Shown: positions 1 to 9,364, counted from the stretch's first letter. The stretch: 58,504 nt of DNA from Leptolyngbyaceae cyanobacterium (GCA_965263355.1 CBDHHL010000018.1:1-58504), one strand, 5' to 3'. A program made the numbers and translations. Notes: generated by a model from the letters alone, not told the origin.

Positions 1-15
1 CGTGAACACCCCAAC
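1..15 (+). repeat. Terminal direct repeat, left copy (CGTGAACACCCCAAC)
   Basis: Identical to 58490-58504. Confidence 0.95.
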
Positions 16-91
16 CTCTAACAACATTGGAACCGCCAGAAACTTCAGGCTTTAACATCTCTAAATAGGCTTTTTCTTCTCTGCTCAACAT
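1..91 (-). CDS. 5' part of a 76-aa hypothetical protein spanning the circular junction (continues 58490->58350)
   Basis: ATG at 91 with GGAG upstream; reads MLSREEKAYLEMLKPEVSGGSNVVRGWGVH and continues in frame ASGTIYEDVCK...EGLVS* after joining the ends. Confidence 0.8.
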   Translation of the reverse strand, partial: MLSREEKAYLEMLKPEVSGGSNVVRGWGVH

Positions 92-103
92 TGGTTTAAT
101 CTC

Positions 104-526
104 CTAAATAGCTAAACTTCTTGCCCACACAGACAGGGCATACACCTCAACATCCGTGTGATCTACTTCCTGCACTTCCCAGCTAGGGCACTCACCCCAA
201 CCACCATCTGAGCCCATAGCCAGATTCTCTTCTAGCCATGCAGCGCTTACCTTAACAGCGTAAGCCGCATAGCACACCACACAGCACAGCATCAGCAGCA
301 TAAACAACGCAGCCCTGGCGCAAGACCAGGCAGCATTGGCTATGTCTTGCTTGTTAGCTTCATACCAACGACGGGCTATGATGCCCGACTCCACGGCGCA
401 GACCATGGCACTGTAGGTGAAATTCTGAACATCGCTGACGACGGCATCAGCGTTAAGCGTGGAATCTAGAACTAGTTGCATTTCTTTTCTCCTATGTGTC
501 GAAAGGGGCTTGAAGTGGTGCCCCAT
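104..526 (-). CDS. Hypothetical membrane protein (true start may be ~481)
   Basis: ORF with one hydrophobic segment, in the leftward early cluster. Confidence 0.65.
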   Translation of the reverse strand: MGHHFKPLSTHRRKEMQLVLDSTLNADAVVSDVQNFTYSAMVCAVESGIIARRWYEANKQDIANAAWSCARAALFMLLMLCCVVCYAAYAVKVSAAWLEENLAMGSDGGWGECPSWEVQEVDHTDVEVYALSVWARSLAI

Positions 527-529
527 AAA

Positions 530-799
530 TTAATACCAAACTTTAACGGTAGCGGTTAGACCCTCATGGTCTATCTCGACAATCTCCTGCCGAGATGCCC
601 AAACAATGGGCGTAATCTCAGGATTAGGCTCCTGAGCTGTATCGATCTCACCACCAGCCTCTGCATCGATAGTCGTAACCTCATACATCACACAGCCTTT
701 CTCGGCTGCGGTATTGAAAAGGTCTTCTAGGCTGGGAAGGTCAACATCAAACATGGTCTTATCTCCTTTGTGAATAGCGTCAGGGCCGAAGGCGGCCAA
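530..799 (-). CDS. Hypothetical acidic protein (start probably 754)
   Basis: ORF; AAAGGAG RBS precedes the internal ATG (MFDVD). Confidence 0.65.
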   Translation of the reverse strand: MAAFGPDAIHKGDKTMFDVDLPSLEDLFNTAAEKGCVMYEVTTIDAEAGGEIDTAQEPNPEITPIVWASRQEIVEIDHEGLTATVKVWY

Positions 800-876
800 C
801 TATTTCACTTGCCGGAACCACTCCGGCGGGGATTTAGGGGTTAACCCCCAGGGCGGTGTCCCCCCTCACATTTATA

Positions 877-905
877 GTTATAAACGATCTAATTTTAGGT
901 GTCAA
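877..905 (-). promoter_or_regulatory. Sigma70-type leftward promoter
   Basis: TTGACA (905-900), 17 nt, TATAAC; intergenic, upstream of leftward genes. Confidence 0.55.
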
Positions 906-939
906 CACCATTTTAGAAATTTCTTTTGCTAAACTTCGC

Positions 940-968
940 TTGACACACTAAAAGTACTGATATATAAA
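940..968 (+). promoter_or_regulatory. Sigma70-type rightward promoter
   Basis: TTGACA (940-945), 17 nt, TATAAA (963-968), upstream of ORF 993. Confidence 0.65.
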
Positions 969-992
969 GGGAGAGAAGTTTGAAATCAATCT

Positions 993-1436
993 ATGATTAT
1001 CACGAAGAAGATTGAAGTAGACATACCCGACATGCACAAACGCATCCGGGCATTCCTAGACACAGTTGACGGTGTAACGGCGAAACTCATTAAGTCTGGG
1101 CTGAACCCTCAGACCGTGTACACCTTTACAAAGGAAGGGGTTAACGCTAGTTACTGGCAGTTGGACCGCTACCTAAAGCCGCTGGGTTCGTCTGTTGAGG
1201 CGTTGGGCGTGGTGTTTCCTGCTGAGCCTATAAAGCTTTTGGCAGTAGATAAGGCCCCCGTGGGTGTGCCTGTGTTGGGTGTGTGGGATAAAACTGACTT
1301 TTGTAGCTGCTATCTAAATAGCGATGGCCTATGGTTTGATTCATCCATTGCCGATGAAGACACGGCAGATGATCTTGTGCCGCCTAATGGTTGGCTGCCG
1401 TTGCCGATATTGGCTGAGGAGAAAGACGATGCGTAA
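993..1436 (+). CDS. Hypothetical protein (HTH-like N-terminus, DUF551-like C-terminus)
   Basis: C-terminal PVGVPVL...W.PLP pattern. Confidence 0.6.
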   Translation: MIITKKIEVDIPDMHKRIRAFLDTVDGVTAKLIKSGLNPQTVYTFTKEGVNASYWQLDRYLKPLGSSVEALGVVFPAEPIKLLAVDKAPVGVPVLGVWDKTDFCSCYLNSDGLWFDSSIADEDTADDLVPPNGWLPLPILAEEKDDA

Positions 1437-1650
1437 ACAACGACGCAATGCCGCCTGTCATATAAACAGGACGCATATTTACAGAGACGTAGAAATAACC
1501 TGGGAGTCAAACCCGTTTAGGCAAAGCTCAGTCTGCCATAGCTGCCGATTCCACCACGGCAAAAACGGTGTGGTCTGTGCCGTACATCCTAATGGGCCTG
1601 ATGGGGATACGTGCGGAGACTGGGAAAGTGTACCGGAGGAATTGCATTGA
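1429..1650 (+). CDS. Small Cys/His-rich protein of a type common in cyanobacteria (DUF6464-like)
   Basis: CxxCRF...CAVHPNGP...C.DW motif; ATG overlaps the upstream gene end. Confidence 0.55.
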   Translation: MRKQRRNAACHINRTHIYRDVEITWESNPFRQSSVCHSCRFHHGKNGVVCAVHPNGPDGDTCGDWESVPEELH

Positions 1651-2024
1651 ACCAGCTAACAGAACCGATTTACCCAGAAATCCAAAAGCTTGACACCTGG
1701 CTAAGCGAGAAAAACTGGAAACGCTATCCCGTTGGTGCTGCAGGAACCCATGTGTTTTTCTGGCAGCTTAAAACGGATTGCAAAACACTTTGCCTGACCA
1801 ATGATGTCATACGCATAAACCTCAAGGCATTTGACATGTCCATGGGCCAAAAAGTTAGTCGGCATCATGGCCGATGGGCATTCAGTATTGAACTAACCGC
1901 ACAACCCCCTGATGGGATATGGGTTGAGTATCGCTGCCCTACTGTGTGGCTGGATGACCTAGAAGACTGCCTAGATTCTCAGGTAAAAAAGTTAATCAGA
2001 GCTTGGGAAGCGACTTGTATTTAG
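1611..2024 (+). CDS. Hypothetical protein (start probably TTG 1647)
   Basis: ORF coupled to the upstream gene; GGAGG RBS. Confidence 0.6.
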   Translation: MRRLGKCTGGIALNQLTEPIYPEIQKLDTWLSEKNWKRYPVGAAGTHVFFWQLKTDCKTLCLTNDVIRINLKAFDMSMGQKVSRHHGRWAFSIELTAQPPDGIWVEYRCPTVWLDDLEDCLDSQVKKLIRAWEATCI

Positions 2025-2244
2025 CCCTACTCTTCCTACTTCGCAGTGTCCCTGGCGCTGGGGTATCAGTTTGGGGCCTGCCTGCTGTCTTAGGCTTTTC
2101 CGTGAATCGCCTAGAGACACCCTCAGGATGCCCGACACGATTACAGCGCCACACCTGGGAGCCACCACGGTTAGTCCCGGCTTTTGCCATGGATGTTTTG
2201 CAGTGAGGGCATTGCGGGCGGCTGTCTGGTTTTTTGGTTTTCAT
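1996..2244 (-). CDS. Small basic zinc-ribbon protein (IS1 InsA-like N-terminus, GRP tail)
   Basis: CPHC...KAG...GSQVWRC motif; Arg/Lys-rich tail. Confidence 0.6.
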   Translation of the reverse strand: MKTKKPDSRPQCPHCKTSMAKAGTNRGGSQVWRCNRVGHPEGVSRRFTEKPKTAGRPQTDTPAPGTLRSRKSRAKYKSLPKL

Positions 2245-2258
2245 GATTAGGTGTAGTT

Positions 2259-2296
2259 AAAAAAATACCCCGCTCACCGGGGTTGATGGCGGGGGT
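2259..2296 (-). terminator. Rho-independent terminator
   Basis: CCCCGC/GCGGGG stem followed by a T-run on the minus strand, downstream of ORF 2296-2598. Confidence 0.55.
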
Positions 2297-2598
2297 TAGG
2301 CAACCTTGGTGCTCTGACGGCTGCAATACAGCTCATCAAAAGAGACCTCTATGGTTTCAGCGACATTAGCAAAAGAACCGTTTTCGTCAGCGACGATAGG
2401 GGCTACCTTTGTCCAGTCTCTATTACTATCGACAATCACAAAGATTGAATTAGCAATAGGGCCATAGAAGAAAGAAGCGTCATCAACATCCTTGAATTGA
2501 TACTGCTTTAAGCTGTATCCATCGGAGTTAACAAGAGGCTTCCGCGCATAAGCAGTCTCAACAGCAGAGCAAAAGTCAGTACCAGATAAAACAGTCAT
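2296..2598 (-). CDS. Hypothetical protein
   Basis: ORF with AAAGGAG RBS, its own promoter and terminator. Confidence 0.7.
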   Translation of the reverse strand: MTVLSGTDFCSAVETAYARKPLVNSDGYSLKQYQFKDVDDASFFYGPIANSIFVIVDSNRDWTKVAPIVADENGSFANVAETIEVSFDELYCSRQSTKVA

Positions 2599-2695
2599 GG
2601 GATTCTCCTTTAGGTTATAAGTGCTAGCGGTTGGCGGTTAAGTTCCGGAGCCCGGTACTACGCTTAACAGTTGCCCGTTTCGCTTTGTTATCCAT

Positions 2696-2725
2696 ATACT
2701 AGCCTGCAATTTGCAACACATGCAA
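2696..2725 (-). promoter_or_regulatory. Leftward promoter
   Basis: TTGCAT, 18 nt, TAGTAT upstream of ORF 2598. Confidence 0.5.
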
Positions 2726-2744
2726 CCCCCCGTCATGCATACGT

Positions 2745-3000
2745 ACATTTTAGTTACTAGGATTTTAGTACTGCTAATCGCACTAAAATTTAGCTACCTT
2801 ACCCCATAAGCGTTCTGGCCTTAGGAGTGTATCTATGGTAGTAACACCCTCTTTTTAGGAAAGATGCTATGCTGCAAAGGGTTTCAGCCTCAATCCGGTG
2901 AAATCACCGTTATGAATATGATGGGTTTGAGTGCCGTATTCGTCAGAATCGCCAGATGATTTAGTGCAAGAATTAGTGCAGAAATTAGTGTGATTGAAAT
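2745..3000. other. Candidate attP region with integrase arm-type repeats
   Basis: Non-coding, near the integrase; TTAGTG at 2961, 2973 and 2985 (12-bp period), with related TTAGT/CACTAA copies at ~2749-2786. Confidence 0.5.
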
Positions 3001-3033
3001 ACAGTAAAAATTGGCACATTAGGAAGTGAAAGC

Positions 3034-3342
3034 ATGATTAAGCAGGACGTTGCAGAAAGGGTATTTAATTTTTTGTTTCTACTGGAGACGGATGCAGATA
3101 ACTTGATCGACTCCGTTGTGGAAAAAGAGGAATATTTAGAGTTAGCCTGCAGTATGGCTAACGACGAATTGATCTATATCACTTGGTTTGAGCACGACAA
3201 TCCAAGCATAGATATTGCTCCCAAGGGAGAAGAAATAATGAAGGAATTAAAAGCTAAGATTCATTCTTTATTTATTCCTTCTATCCCTAAAAGCATCGAG
3301 TTTGCCGAACAGTGGGACTTAGTAGAGCCTCCTAGTTACTAA
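3034..3342 (+). CDS. Hypothetical acidic protein, coupled to the integrase
   Basis: ORF whose stop overlaps the integrase start; AT-rich. Confidence 0.65.
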   Translation: MIKQDVAERVFNFLFLLETDADNLIDSVVEKEEYLELACSMANDELIYITWFEHDNPSIDIAPKGEEIMKELKAKIHSLFIPSIPKSIEFAEQWDLVEPPSY

Positions 3343-4436
3343 TGCCCGATAAACTCACGGCCCATCTAGCGAAACTCAACTCAAGGCTGGACAGAGTAAA
3401 AATCATCCAGCCCAAAGAAGCCAATAAGCTAAGCCTCCGTGCAACGCTACCCCCTAAGCCAGGTGAGGCTAAGGCAAAACAGCGAACATTATCAACGGGT
3501 GCCCCTGCTAATCTTGCTGGGGCCAAAGTCGCATTCGCTCGAGCAAAACGCCTGGATGCTGAGCTGATAGAAGGTAGTTTCGACTGGAAGACCTGGGACC
3601 CAAAGATTGCAGAAAGGTATAAGCCCAAAACTATTGGTGAATTATCAGAGCGGATACTAGAACTAAAACGTCCTCAATTAAAACCTCGGGGACTCCGGCA
3701 TAAGTACCAAGTGCCATTGGGCAAACTGCCTCAAGATACTCACCCTACTGAGGAGCTCCTGAGGAACACGATCATTGAGCAATGCACAGGCTACCCCACC
3801 AAATGGGCAGCGTACAAAATCGCCTACGGTATGCTGGCAGACCTCGCAGGCCTAAACCATGATCTGCATGGCTTAGGCCCTAAAAATGCTAATGCAGTAA
3901 AACCGATAACGCCTCGTGACTTGCCCAGTGATGAGCAGATTCTAGAGGTGTGGTCTGGTATAGATAATCAACTATATAAAATCCTATATGCTCGGATGGC
4001 CTGCTATGGACTGAGACCCCATGAAGCTTGGAAATGTGAGGTAGCGCCACAGACAGCAGATGAGCCTATTTGTAGAGTGCAGGCAGATACAAAAACGGGC
4101 AAGCGTACCGGTGGGCGGTTAATCCTGCCATTGCCTATAGAGTGGTACACCAATATGCGTCCCTGGCTAGACTTTGAGCCATTTAATCGGGTTGATTGGC
4201 AGGGCAAGGATAATGAGTACTTAGGCCACAGGATAAGCCAGTTTTTTGAGCGTCGTGAGCTCCCTTTTAATCCGTATATGCTGCGTCATGCTTGGGCAGT
4301 GAGATCGGCCCGGAGTAACTTAAGTACGGTGGTTGCTGCGAAAATGATGGGACACAGCCAAGCGATCCATGAGCGGACGTATCAGCAGGCTCTAGGGGAA
4401 GAAGGTATGTTGGATGCGTGGAAAAAGATAATCTAA
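3342..4436 (+). CDS. int: Tyrosine recombinase/integrase, cyanobacterial type
   Basis: Catalytic motifs YGLRPHE, TKTG, PYMLRHAWAVR, MMGHS...HERTY; N-terminal LSLRATLPPKPG typical of cyanobacterial integrases. Confidence 0.92.
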   Translation: MPDKLTAHLAKLNSRLDRVKIIQPKEANKLSLRATLPPKPGEAKAKQRTLSTGAPANLAGAKVAFARAKRLDAELIEGSFDWKTWDPKIAERYKPKTIGELSERILELKRPQLKPRGLRHKYQVPLGKLPQDTHPTEELLRNTIIEQCTGYPTKWAAYKIAYGMLADLAGLNHDLHGLGPKNANAVKPITPRDLPSDEQILEVWSGIDNQLYKILYARMACYGLRPHEAWKCEVAPQTADEPICRVQADTKTGKRTGGRLILPLPIEWYTNMRPWLDFEPFNRVDWQGKDNEYLGHRISQFFERRELPFNPYMLRHAWAVRSARSNLSTVVAAKMMGHSQAIHERTYQQALGEEGMLDAWKKII

Positions 4437-5590
4437 GACGCAAGTGCATCCCATATATCAAGTTGCCTTTTATTCTGCGTGACTTCTGAGCCTGTTTGTT
4501 GCTCCAGCCAATCAGCCCTAGCATTAGCACTTACAAAGTCTTGGTTTTTACCTAGTCGGCCCTTGGCGACATCTACCCAGTGAGGATCTATATCTATTCC
4601 TATAAACTGCCGTCCGTTATTTTTAGCGGCTAGTAATGTATTACCCGACCCACAAAAGCAGTCGAGGACAACCGCATCGAGCTTGGAGCTAGCTAAAATA
4701 ATATGCTCCATCATGGCCAATGGTTTCTCGCAAGGATGCTTGCCCTGGTAGCTTTGCACCGTTGGGAAGTCCCATACATCCGTGTAGGGCACTTCTGGAG
4801 ATACTGAGAAAGGCCGCCTTAGTTCTTCGTATTGTTGCCTTAGTTCTTCGTATTGTTGCCTTAGTTCTTCGTATGGACGCTTAAAGTAGTCGGGGAATGA
4901 GGTTTGAAGTTTGGTGTACTTATCTTTTGTCGGCATACAAAATTGAGAAGCATTAAACCAATGCCTGCCAGCCATCCCACCCTTTTCCCTGTAGCCACAA
5001 AGAACATTAACTTGATTCGGTGATAAACCTGCCTTAGCCCTTTCCCCATCCAGATAAGCCCGCAATGGCTCAAAGACAAAACCCCTTAATTCATCACATT
5101 TTGCCTGATAGCCTGCCTCACCTTTAGCCGCATTATCAGCGTTGAAGTGTTCACAAAAAATAATTGATTCCCACGGTTCTTTGAACTTTCTAGCCTCTTC
5201 TTTATTAGCTTTTTGATGCCATCCTGCCTGCTTAACCCATCTAATATTATTCAACACATTAAACCGCTGACTTAATAAAACCTCTACTCTGGCAGACATT
5301 TTAGGTGAAGCACAACAATATAAACTGCCATTAGGTTTTAAAATTCGCTGCCATTGCTCAGCTAATTTATCAATCCATTCTAAAAACTTAGTTGGGTTAT
5401 CCCATTGGCGATCCCACCATTCGAAACAGCCCTTAGAGCCCCCGCCTTTAACGCCAAAATAGGGTGGATCGGTGGCGATTAAATCAATGCTATTGTCTGG
5501 CATTGTTGCCATTGTTTCTAAACAGTTGCCGGTAATTACTTCGTTTTTCACCGCACTAACCCCCATACCCCTTTGGCATCTTCGGCACAT
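4433..5590 (-). CDS. DNA methyltransferase, N4/N6 beta class, with inserted HTH-like segment
   Basis: DPPY, HPCEKP, VLDCFCGSG motifs. Confidence 0.93.
   Translation of the reverse strand: MCRRCQRGMGVSAVKNEVITGNCLETMATMPDNSIDLIATDPPYFGVKGGGSKGCFEWWDRQWDNPTKFLEWIDKLAEQWQRILKPNGSLYCCASPKMSARVEVLLSQRFNVLNNIRWVKQAGWHQKANKEEARKFKEPWESIIFCEHFNADNAAKGEAGYQAKCDELRGFVFEPLRAYLDGERAKAGLSPNQVNVLCGYREKGGMAGRHWFNASQFCMPTKDKYTKLQTSFPDYFKRPYEELRQQYEELRQQYEELRRPFSVSPEVPYTDVWDFPTVQSYQGKHPCEKPLAMMEHIILASSKLDAVVLDCFCGSGNTLLAAKNNGRQFIGIDIDPHWVDVAKGRLGKNQDFVSANARADWLEQQTGSEVTQNKRQLDIWDALAS
4816..4874. repeat. 21-bp tandem repeat (~2.8 copies) encoding YEELRQQ heptads
   Basis: GCCTTAGTTCTTCGTATTGTT x2 plus a partial third copy. 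Confidence 0.9.
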
Positions 5591-5891
5591 TCAAATTGCC
5601 ACTAAGCAACAACGGCTCAATGGTGGCAACATTCGCAAGCCAGGAACCGTCCATAAATGTGTAATGCACTCCTTTTATAAGGTTGCAAGGCTGATCCGTA
5701 TCATGGGCGTATTCGGCACGCTTCATAAGGTCTTTCAACCATGTAGCACTTTTACCAAGGCTCATGGCTTTCACTGCTCTCTCAGGCGATCTCCAGTCGT
5801 TATCTGATAGATCAACCTCTTTCTTTAGCCGTGCAACGTCGGCTTTTAATGACTCAATTTCTTTAGTCAAGGCTGCAATGTCAGACATCAC
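5556..5891 (-). CDS. Putative excisionase-like/HTH DNA-binding protein
   Basis: Coiled coil then W.SPE.A...G...L.KGVHY pattern; last early gene before MTase and integrase. Confidence 0.45.
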   Translation of the reverse strand: MMSDIAALTKEIESLKADVARLKKEVDLSDNDWRSPERAVKAMSLGKSATWLKDLMKRAEYAHDTDQPCNLIKGVHYTFMDGSWLANVATIEPLLLSGNLNVPKMPKGYGG

Positions 5892-6520
5892 GCCGCTAAC
5901 TCCTTCATGCCGTATGCCAAAGCATTCTCCATGTATCTCTGTGCCACGGCGTTGAACTGTTCAACTGTTTGATTACGCCATTGCGTAAACCGCCAAACTT
6001 GATCCTTATGCCCTGGATGACGTAGCCGAGCGAATAATCTCTGATTGGCTTCGCTCAAATCTTGCAAGGTAACGTTTGTTGGTGTAGATATCTTGGCCCT
6101 GAAGATAAACAAGCAATTAAGCCGATCCTTGTTCTGCTCAATCCATTGCGGCCATGACTTTGCGATTATTGGAGCCAACTGGTAGCCGGAGTCTGTCTTC
6201 CTTACGGCTCCCTTTTTGATTAATAGCCCCCTGTGCCCTCCATGAAAATCGCCAATGTCCCCCTGAGCTATCAGGAATACCCCCTGTAACTGAGGATCGG
6301 TGAGACTGTCGAGTAAGACCGAACCTGGGTCAACTTTGGGGCCAATTTCGTGTGAATTGACCCAGTAGTCTCGTAGTTCTGGGCAAAGCTGGCCACCAAT
6401 AACCACTTTTTTCCTCTTGAGGGCTGCTAATGTCTGAGAGCGGATAGCCCCTAGGGGATAGCCTCGAATTATGTTTGTGATTGCTTTTTCCTGATCCTCA
6501 GTTAGTTTTGGTAGTTTCAT
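5888..6520 (-). CDS. Hypothetical protein (repeated winged-helix-like segments)
   Basis: ORF; ATG at 6520 overlaps the upstream stop. Confidence 0.6.
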   Translation of the reverse strand: MKLPKLTEDQEKAITNIIRGYPLGAIRSQTLAALKRKKVVIGGQLCPELRDYWVNSHEIGPKVDPGSVLLDSLTDPQLQGVFLIAQGDIGDFHGGHRGLLIKKGAVRKTDSGYQLAPIIAKSWPQWIEQNKDRLNCLFIFRAKISTPTNVTLQDLSEANQRLFARLRHPGHKDQVWRFTQWRNQTVEQFNAVAQRYMENALAYGMKELAA

Positions 6521-7518
6521 TATGCTGCTATCTCCAATAAACTCTTCTGCTCGTATTTCCCCGCCATTCGGTTCCCGCCAAATTCCCAAAAACCTTCAAT
6601 CGGGCAATCGTCTCTAGTACTGCCGTTATTCATCGTGGCTAGTGTCCCTAGAGGCGTGAACCACCATTGACGCTTCCTCTTTTCAAGCAACCGATCCACC
6701 TCAAAACACAGCTCGCTTGATACGTAATTAGTGGCCACGACACGGCTTACTCTCGGCTCATCCAAAAGCATGGCCAGACAGTTCATGAAGAGATCTAGGG
6801 TCTCTTCCCCTTCTGGATTGCCATGGTGCGTATAAGCCGGAGTCATTGCCCCAGTGCCACGTCTGCCAGGTCGGGATTTAGACGGTAGCCAATAAGGTGG
6901 GTCCACGAACGCGATCGCATGCTGGAAATTGCTTTCTCTAAACCGCTGGATGCAAGCTTGCCAACTATCAGAAACAGACAACCGCCAAGATTCATCAAAG
7001 TGTGGCCATTCAAAACGCCAGCTTGAGAATTGATCAAATTTGTCTTGGCTGAGAGCAACATTTAATCTGCCCTGAGCATTGCAACGGAGCACACCACCAA
7101 AAACCAACTTACGGAGAATGATTGAAGCCGCTGCTAACTGCTGCGGATCAGACTCGTATCCAGCCTCCAACCACTCTTTCAATTCTTGAAAATAAATATC
7201 GTCGCAAGCCGCCCTGATTTTGTCGGAATATTTGTTTATGAACTGCTCGATATAATCCCGTCCGCATTCTCCATCAAAAAAGCCAAACTCATCAGGTTCT
7301 GTGTCCATCCATGATCTCCACACAGTAGATACAGCCGGATCGATATCAGCAACAAATGCATTTTTTACTCTGCCATTCGCCAGTATCCTATGGGTGAAAT
7401 GGCCAGCGCCTACAAACGGTTCAATCACCGCGTCATAGGGACGCTCATCCCAGATTGGGTATTTATGCCAGTCTTTTTTAGAACCTGGGTATGGGTGAAG
7501 CAATCCTGTTTTCATCAC
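6520..7518 (-). CDS. Dam/D12-class N6-adenine DNA methyltransferase
   Basis: YPGSK, EPFVGAG and VDPPY motifs in alpha-class order. Confidence 0.88.
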   Translation of the reverse strand: MMKTGLLHPYPGSKKDWHKYPIWDERPYDAVIEPFVGAGHFTHRILANGRVKNAFVADIDPAVSTVWRSWMDTEPDEFGFFDGECGRDYIEQFINKYSDKIRAACDDIYFQELKEWLEAGYESDPQQLAAASIILRKLVFGGVLRCNAQGRLNVALSQDKFDQFSSWRFEWPHFDESWRLSVSDSWQACIQRFRESNFQHAIAFVDPPYWLPSKSRPGRRGTGAMTPAYTHHGNPEGEETLDLFMNCLAMLLDEPRVSRVVATNYVSSELCFEVDRLLEKRKRQWWFTPLGTLATMNNGSTRDDCPIEGFWEFGGNRMAGKYEQKSLLEIAA

Positions 7519-7958
7519 TCTCCAGCCTCCCGACCACTAAAAAAATTACCGTCCCTAACCTCAGCCAACAAATCACTTAACACTCGTAACGCATACCCCT
7601 GGCATTCTTCATCATCCACTAAATACTCAATTAGCTCAGCTCGTGTCTTAATAACCGGGATGTTGTTTTTATCAGCATGTTCACATTCACGATCCGCGAC
7701 TTCACTTTTACCGGGCAATCGCAGGACAGCATCACACTGTTCTAGCCATGCAAAATCCCACTTAAGCCAATCCTCATAACCAACAGGATGAATGATTTGC
7801 TGGTAGTGACTGAACAATGGGGCAAAGGGTACATGGCCGAGGTCCATAATTGCTCTAAATGCATCATGCTGGCGACGAACATTTTCAGCTGTATCACCCA
7901 GCGTGTATGGGCTACTAATAAAAACTTTTGCACCTAAATTTAGGTTTGCCATGATCAC
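7515..7958 (-). CDS. DUF4406/DUF1937-like (nucleoside deoxyribosyltransferase-fold) protein
   Basis: VFISSPYT...PFAP...WL..CDAVLRLPG.S.GA..E-type motif. Confidence 0.7.
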   Translation of the reverse strand: MIMANLNLGAKVFISSPYTLGDTAENVRRQHDAFRAIMDLGHVPFAPLFSHYQQIIHPVGYEDWLKWDFAWLEQCDAVLRLPGKSEVADRECEHADKNNIPVIKTRAELIEYLVDDEECQGYALRVLSDLLAEVRDGNFFSGREAGE

Positions 7959-8461
7959 ATCTCCTCACTTAATCCGCTAATCTCCACATTCGCTTGCTGA
8001 ATGTCGCTTGATTCGAATAAATCACCCTGCTCTGGCAAAGAAGCGACGTACTCCAAAATCTCTTTCTGCAACGAATCCACATCCGATGATTCTTGCTGTG
8101 TCAGCTCAGTGGACTTGATGCAAGGCGTATTAAACACAATCGCCTTAGTCCCCTCACCATAATCACGGCGTAACTGAGCAGTGACGACAACGCCTAGACC
8201 ATTGTCATCAGGGACAAAAGTCACCCCCGATACATAGGCCAGTTCTTTCTCGATTTCATCTAGCCAATCATCGCCAAGACGCCCTACCTCAACGCACAAA
8301 GGCATAAATGCATTAAGGGCATCTTTCAGGGGCTGCGAAGCTGGTTTACAGCCGTCTAGCTTCCCGCCTTTGAGCTGGGCAGAAGAGTTTAAGTGAGCAT
8401 CACCGTGCAACTCGACGTAGTCACCTTTGAGTAGTTTGATTTTTCTGTAAGTGGTTAACAT
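7955..8461 (-). CDS. Hypothetical phage protein
   Basis: ORF with AGGAGG RBS; QGDLF tail. Confidence 0.7.
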   Translation of the reverse strand: MLTTYRKIKLLKGDYVELHGDAHLNSSAQLKGGKLDGCKPASQPLKDALNAFMPLCVEVGRLGDDWLDEIEKELAYVSGVTFVPDDNGLGVVVTAQLRRDYGEGTKAIVFNTPCIKSTELTQQESSDVDSLQKEILEYVASLPEQGDLFESSDIQQANVEISGLSEEM

Positions 8462-8485
8462 GGTTCCTCCTTTTGGGCCAACGCC

Positions 8486-8677
8486 CTAGTTTTGTTTGTA
8501 ATCAGTGCGAAGCTTCACCCAAGTCACACTCATCGTCGGCAGCGCCATAGCCCACTCAGTAGGCGTATTAAGTACTCGAAAGAAACCCCAGCGCCATAGC
8601 CTCAGCTCAAAAAAGCTGAGCTTTAGTCGGCCTATCCAGATTTCATCGAACGTTTCTCGTCGGAATGTTTTGATCAT
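8486..8677 (-). CDS. Hypothetical protein
   Basis: Coupled ORF in the leftward operon. Confidence 0.5.
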   Translation of the reverse strand: MIKTFRRETFDEIWIGRLKLSFFELRLWRWGFFRVLNTPTEWAMALPTMSVTWVKLRTDYKQN

Positions 8678-8910
8678 TGGTTTTTGTCCTTCAACCTAAA
8701 CAACTGCAGTCTCAACTTCATCCCCAGGCGTTTCACTCTCTCGTCATCAAGCATCGTCAAAACGGTGTTAGTGTCCCAGTCAGGCTCAAACTTGAATCCG
8801 TTGCGATCGCACCAATCCAATAAACGAAAGTGAAAGTCATCAGGGCTGGTCTTTCGGAACAGAGAGATGACGGCGAGGTGTTGGCCTAAATCCTCAGCCT
8901 GCATGCTCAC
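8674..8910 (-). CDS. Hypothetical protein
   Basis: Coupled ORF with GGAGG RBS. Confidence 0.6.
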   Translation of the reverse strand: MSMQAEDLGQHLAVISLFRKTSPDDFHFRLLDWCDRNGFKFEPDWDTNTVLTMLDDERVKRLGMKLRLQLFRLKDKNQ

Positions 8911-9364
8911 CTCCCACCGGGATATTGACGCCCATTACTTGAATTCTTTGGTCCGAATACTGCCGATCTTCGTCAGTTAGCTCACGCCTCCAAACCTGCT
9001 TGAATTCAAGCTTTTCAGAAGGGTAACTTTCCCCCTGACTGAGCGCATGACGCAACTCACGACAGAAGCGCTGAAAGCGGATAAACTCATCACTTTGCCG
9101 GTCAGAATTTACTTGAACAGGCGACAAAAGCTTTTGCCGTGCATTCTCGACGTGTTGCTGTTTGAAGTGTTTGATAATGTCATTCGGCTGGCATCGCTCA
9201 GCATCCAGTATCTTGGCGCAATAGTCGCCAAATTCCTGAGCACTAGGCTTGTACTTGTTCAGCTGGTCTAAAAACACATCCCTAGACTGATCACTCATCT
9301 TTTGCCATCCACGAGCAGGGATGAGCATATCTAGCCATAAATCGAAGTCTTCTCTGCCTAACAT
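8894..9364 (-). CDS. Putative replication accessory (helicase loader/inhibitor-like) protein
   Basis: Directly downstream of the initiator, in the lambda P/G39P position; function from synteny only. Confidence 0.4.
   Translation of the reverse strand: MLGREDFDLWLDMLIPARGWQKMSDQSRDVFLDQLNKYKPSAQEFGDYCAKILDAERCQPNDIIKHFKQQHVENARQKLLSPVQVNSDRQSDEFIRFQRFCRELRHALSQGESYPSEKLEFKQVWRRELTDEDRQYSDQRIQVMGVNIPVGGEHAG

Noticed and set aside
1..15. Terminal 15-mer as attL/attR core
   Set aside because: It interrupts an ORF that is restored on circularisation and is ~3 kb from the integrase; best explained as assembly overlap
1996..2244. IS1 insertion sequence
   Set aside because: No DDE transposase, terminal inverted repeats or target duplication
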